Assembly: GCA_963422205.2 (NCBI GenBank)
Contig: CAXMWX010000005.1
Location: 224,001-288,000, forward strand
Origin: Gammaproteobacteria bacterium
GTDB lineage: Bacteria; Pseudomonadota; Gammaproteobacteria; Eutrophobiales; Eutrophobiaceae
Reading direction: 5' to 3'
Length of the DNA: 64,000 nt
The position numbers and the translations under genes are program-made. Positions 60,735 to 64,000 of the stretch are shown in pieces. The stretch's first letter is position 1, and every line of letters starts with the position of its first letter. A model generated the notes under the pieces. The model saw only the letters and a list, made by a program, of their open reading frames with translations, had not been told where the DNA came from and made no database searches.

Positions 60735-61118
60735 TTACTGCTCTTCAGGTATGCTTGGCAGCGCCTCATCGGCGGCAGGTTCGGCTGGGACCTGCACCGG
60801 GATGTCCGGCACAGCATCTGCCTTCTCGGTCACTGCCGTGGTACCGATATCCAGATTCAGCGCTCTCGTTTGCTCAAGCCTCACCTTGGCCAGATAAGCC
60901 AGCCCCAGACTGTTCGCCAGAAAAATGACCGCCAGTGCGGTTGTCAGCCGGGTAAGAAAATTGCCTGAGCCCTGAGCGCCAAACACGGTCGCCGATGCCC
61001 CACTGCCAAAGGCAGCGCCTGCATCCGCCCCCTTGCCATGCTGTATCAGGATAAGCAGGATCAGGCCCAACGCCACCAGCACTTGTAATGCAAATAATAC
61101 GATTTGTAAGGTCTCCAT
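60735..61118 (-). CDS. secG: preprotein translocase subunit SecG
   Basis: LIQHGKGADAGAAFGSGASATVFGAQGSGNFLTR. Confidence 0.96.
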   Translation of the reverse strand: METLQIVLFALQVLVALGLILLILIQHGKGADAGAAFGSGASATVFGAQGSGNFLTRLTTALAVIFLANSLGLAYLAKVRLEQTRALNLDIGTTAVTEKADAVPDIPVQVPAEPAADEALPSIPEEQ

Positions 61119-61151
61119 TATCACTCCATCAACTGTTATATCGCCCAACTG

Positions 61152-61904
61152 TTATATCGCGTGGTATATCGCCAGGAAATCATCGATGTTGAGCGAGGCA
61201 CCACCAATCAGCCCGCCATCAACATCGGCCATGGCAAAAATCCCGGCCGCATTGCCTGCCTTGACACTGCCGCCATACAAAATTCTTATGTTATTGGCTA
61301 TGACATCATCATATCTGGCCAACTGCAAGCGAATAAAGTGATGCGCCTGTTGCACTTGTTCGGGAGTTGCCGTTAATCCCGTACCAATCGCCCAGACCGG
61401 CTCATAAGCCAGCACCGCACCCGCAAAGGCCGCCACCCCTGCCCGGCTGATCACCGCCTCCAGTTGCCCGGCCAGCACCTGTTCGGTGCTGCCATCCTCT
61501 CTCTCCGCCATGCTCTCGCCCAGGCACAGGATCACCTTCAGCCCGCTGGCCCGGGCAAGGGTAAATTTCGCCGCCACCATCGCATGGGTTTCGCCATAGC
61601 CATGGCGTCTTTCCGAATGGCCGATGATGACGTATTGGCAGCCATAGTCCTGCAACATGGAGACAGCTATCTCGCCAGTGTAGGCACCTGCTGTGTGTTG
61701 CGAGACATTTTGTGCGCCAACATGAATGCCCGAACCCGACAACAACTCAGCGGCCAGAGGAATGTAAATCGCTGGCGCACACACCACCATCTCTGCACCA
61801 GCAGCAGCAAAGCCGCCTTTAAGCCCGGCCAGCAGCGCGCTCACAGAGGCACGGCTGCCGTTCATTTTCCAGTTGGCGGCGATCAGCGGCTGCCTGCCTG
61901 CCAT
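61152..61904 (-). CDS. tpiA: triosephosphate isomerase
   Basis: ANWKMNG, IGHSERR, AYEPVWAIGTG, LYGGSV, GGL.GGASL. Confidence 0.98.
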   Translation of the reverse strand: MAGRQPLIAANWKMNGSRASVSALLAGLKGGFAAAGAEMVVCAPAIYIPLAAELLSGSGIHVGAQNVSQHTAGAYTGEIAVSMLQDYGCQYVIIGHSERRHGYGETHAMVAAKFTLARASGLKVILCLGESMAEREDGSTEQVLAGQLEAVISRAGVAAFAGAVLAYEPVWAIGTGLTATPEQVQQAHHFIRLQLARYDDVIANNIRILYGGSVKAGNAAGIFAMADVDGGLIGGASLNIDDFLAIYHAI

Positions 61905-61989
61905 TGGGCTACCGGCTCCTTACACGTGAACACAGAAAAAAGGCTGTCAAGCGTAACGCAAATGCCCGGAAAGTGAAAGCCTGTTGTCC

Positions 61990-62646
61990 TCACGGCGGGT
62001 AAAAATCCGGGGCTTCAACAAGGCAGTGCGTACACATCCGTGTTGCTGAACATCGCTGTTTGGCATGCTGCACGATGAGGGCATGATATTCATTAAACAG
62101 GCGATAATCCGGCGGCAGGTTCTCGGTAAACAAACGGCTCAACGTCTGGTAGGACTCATCGCCGTTAATCAGTTGCAATGCCTGCAACAAACGCCGGGTA
62201 TAGGCATCGATCACAAACACCGGTCGATCAAAGGCATAGAGCAGAATAGCATCGGCTGTCTCCGGCCCGATACCCTTGACCTGCAACAACCCGGCCCGCA
62301 AGGCGGCCGTATCCTGCCGGGCTAATGCGGCGATACCTCCCTCTGCTGTTGCCCATGCACTCAGGTTCTTTAACCGGTGCGCTTTGACATTAAAATAACC
62401 GGCTGGCCGGATCAGCCCGGCCAGCTCTGCTTCGCTCAAGGCGTGCAGATGTGCCAGCGATAACCGGCTGGCGGTGCGAAGAGTGGCGATTGCCCGCTCA
62501 ACGTTTTGCCAGCGGGTATTTTGAGTAAGCACGGCCCCGATCATGACCTCACCGGGACTGTCCGCCGGCCACCAGTGTTGCGGGCCGTAGGCAGCGAGAA
62601 GACGATCGTACAGCGTAAGCAGCCGGGTTGTCAGAGGGATCGCCAT
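61990..62646 (-). CDS. endonuclease III-related HhH-GPD glycosylase
   Basis: GPQHWWP, GAVLTQNT.W.NV, KGIGPETADAILLYA, FVIDAYT. Confidence 0.88.
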   Translation of the reverse strand: MAIPLTTRLLTLYDRLLAAYGPQHWWPADSPGEVMIGAVLTQNTRWQNVERAIATLRTASRLSLAHLHALSEAELAGLIRPAGYFNVKAHRLKNLSAWATAEGGIAALARQDTAALRAGLLQVKGIGPETADAILLYAFDRPVFVIDAYTRRLLQALQLINGDESYQTLSRLFTENLPPDYRLFNEYHALIVQHAKQRCSATRMCTHCLVEAPDFYPP

Positions 62647-62691
62647 GCTACCGATGCACCAGCACGCTCATGCCAGGGCGTTAAGATAAGT

Positions 62692-63423
62692 CTACCCTGT
62701 ATCTGCCTGCAATGCCCTGATCTCATCTGCTGTCAACTCCCAGAATTGGCCGGGGCGTCTCTTGCGTGGCAGGATATAAGCACCATAACGTGTACGTATC
62801 AAGCGGCTCACCGTCAGGCCCTGCGACTCCCACAGGCGCCTGACCTCCCGGTTGCGACCGGCCATGATCACCACATGGTACCAGTGATTACTGCCAGCAC
62901 CACCGCTATCGACAATGTCGGTAAAACGTGCAGTGCCCTCTTCCAGCGTCACGCCAGCGCGCAGATTGTGTAACTGCCGGGGAGTCGCCCGCCCCAGTAC
63001 CCGCACGGCGTATTCCCGTTCGATCACGGAGCCAGGGTGCATCAGCCGGTTGGCCAGCTCGCCGTTATTGGTGAACAGCAACAGGCCGGTGGTATTGAAA
63101 TCCAGCCTGCCGATGCTGATCCAGCGGCCGCGCTTTAGCCTGGGCAGGTGCTGAAAAACGGTGCGGCGTCCCTCCGGGTCGCGTTGTGTGCAGATCTCGC
63201 CCGCCGGCTTGTAGTAGGCCAGCACCCGGGTGCGGGCAGATTGATGCACCCTGCCGCCACATAGCCTGCCGTCTACTTTTACCTTATCGCCGGGCTGCAT
63301 TCGATCGCCCAGGCGCACCGTCCTGCCGTTAATCTGGATACGACCGGCCTTGATCATCGCTTCAATCTGACGGCGGGAGCCGATGGCCAGACTCGCCAGG
63401 ACTTTTTGCACACGCTCGGTCAT
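62692..63423 (-). CDS. rluB: 23S rRNA pseudouridine synthase (RluB type)
   Basis: S4 domain (ERVQK.LA...GSRR), GRLDFNTTGLLL, EREY.VRV, GRNREVRR. Confidence 0.9.
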   Translation of the reverse strand: MTERVQKVLASLAIGSRRQIEAMIKAGRIQINGRTVRLGDRMQPGDKVKVDGRLCGGRVHQSARTRVLAYYKPAGEICTQRDPEGRRTVFQHLPRLKRGRWISIGRLDFNTTGLLLFTNNGELANRLMHPGSVIEREYAVRVLGRATPRQLHNLRAGVTLEEGTARFTDIVDSGGAGSNHWYHVVIMAGRNREVRRLWESQGLTVSRLIRTRYGAYILPRKRRPGQFWELTADEIRALQADTG

Positions 63424-63489
63424 GGCCGGGGGTTGGGCTTTGACAGGCGGGTAACAGAGAAACGCTGCGCCCGGTCCGGTGGGCAGAGG

Positions 63490-64000
63490 CTAGTGGCTGA
63501 AGGGAACAACGTTATCCTCTACCACAACCACATCCTCGGCAGCAGGTGCTTGTTCAGCCTCTGCCGCCCATGCCTCCTGCCCAGGCCCGGCGCTGTTCGC
63601 CGCCGCACTGGCCTCGGCAGGCGGTTGTGCCGTGATTGCCTGGCTGGCCTCTCTCTCCAGGGCGGCAAACAGGTCGGGGTTGATTTTATCGAAGTCCTTG
63701 ATCTCTGCCAGCGGTGGCAGATCAGCGAGTTTTTTCAGGTTAAAATAGTCGAGAAACTGCCGGGTCGTTGCCAGCAGTTCTGGCTTGCCGGGCACGTCCC
63801 GATAGCCAACCACTTTTATCCATTCCCGCTCCTGCAGGGTACGGATAATATTCGTGTTCACACTCACCCCGCGAATCGCCTCAATCTCACCCCGGGTCAG
63901 CGGCTGCTTGTAGGCGATGATCGCCAGCGTCTCCAGCAAGGCACGGGAATAGCGCTGTGGCCGTGCATCAAACAGCGTATTTACCCAGGCGGCACAATCG
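63490..64000 (-). CDS. scpB: SMC-Scp complex subunit ScpB, 5' end beyond the window
   Basis: RYSRALLETLAIIAYKQP.TRGEIE.IRGV, G...PG.P...TT..FL.YF.L..L..LP. Confidence 0.95.
   Translation of the reverse strand, partial: DCAAWVNTLFDARPQRYSRALLETLAIIAYKQPLTRGEIEAIRGVSVNTNIIRTLQEREWIKVVGYRDVPGKPELLATTRQFLDYFNLKKLADLPPLAEIKDFDKINPDLFAALEREASQAITAQPPAEASAAANSAGPGQEAWAAEAEQAPAAEDVVVVEDNVVPFSH

Overview
Gammaproteobacterial chromosome. Bases 1-31961 and 60637-64000 are intact housekeeping genes (def-fmt-rsmB-DUF4390-ntrYX-trkAH, pyrD, gpsA-secB, gpmI-envC-ctpA, ubiEJB, hslVU, dapF-xerC, mscS, nagZ, alkaline phosphatase; tRNA-Leu(GAG), secG, tpiA, rluB, scpB). Between them lies a ~28.7 kb island integrated in the 3' end of tRNA-Leu and bounded by a perfect 21-bp direct repeat (31973-31993 / 60635-60655). 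The island has a lambdoid-type early region: a repressor with two S24 domains, cro, two tandem C4-type antisense RNA cassettes, AlpA/Xis, an iteron-containing replication initiator, a helicase-loader-like gene and a two-frame C5 methyltransferase. This runs on the same strand, with little or no intergenic space, into remnants of a Dot/Icm (type IVB) conjugation system (icmL, icmK, icmB fragment, icmO). No capsid, terminase, tail or lysis genes are visible. The rest is defence/toxin-antitoxin-like cargo. Many island genes, including int, cro, rep and tra, are broken by transition-type stops, 1-bp indels or deletions, while the core genes show no lesions. All family assignments come from motif recognition by eye; no database searches were run.
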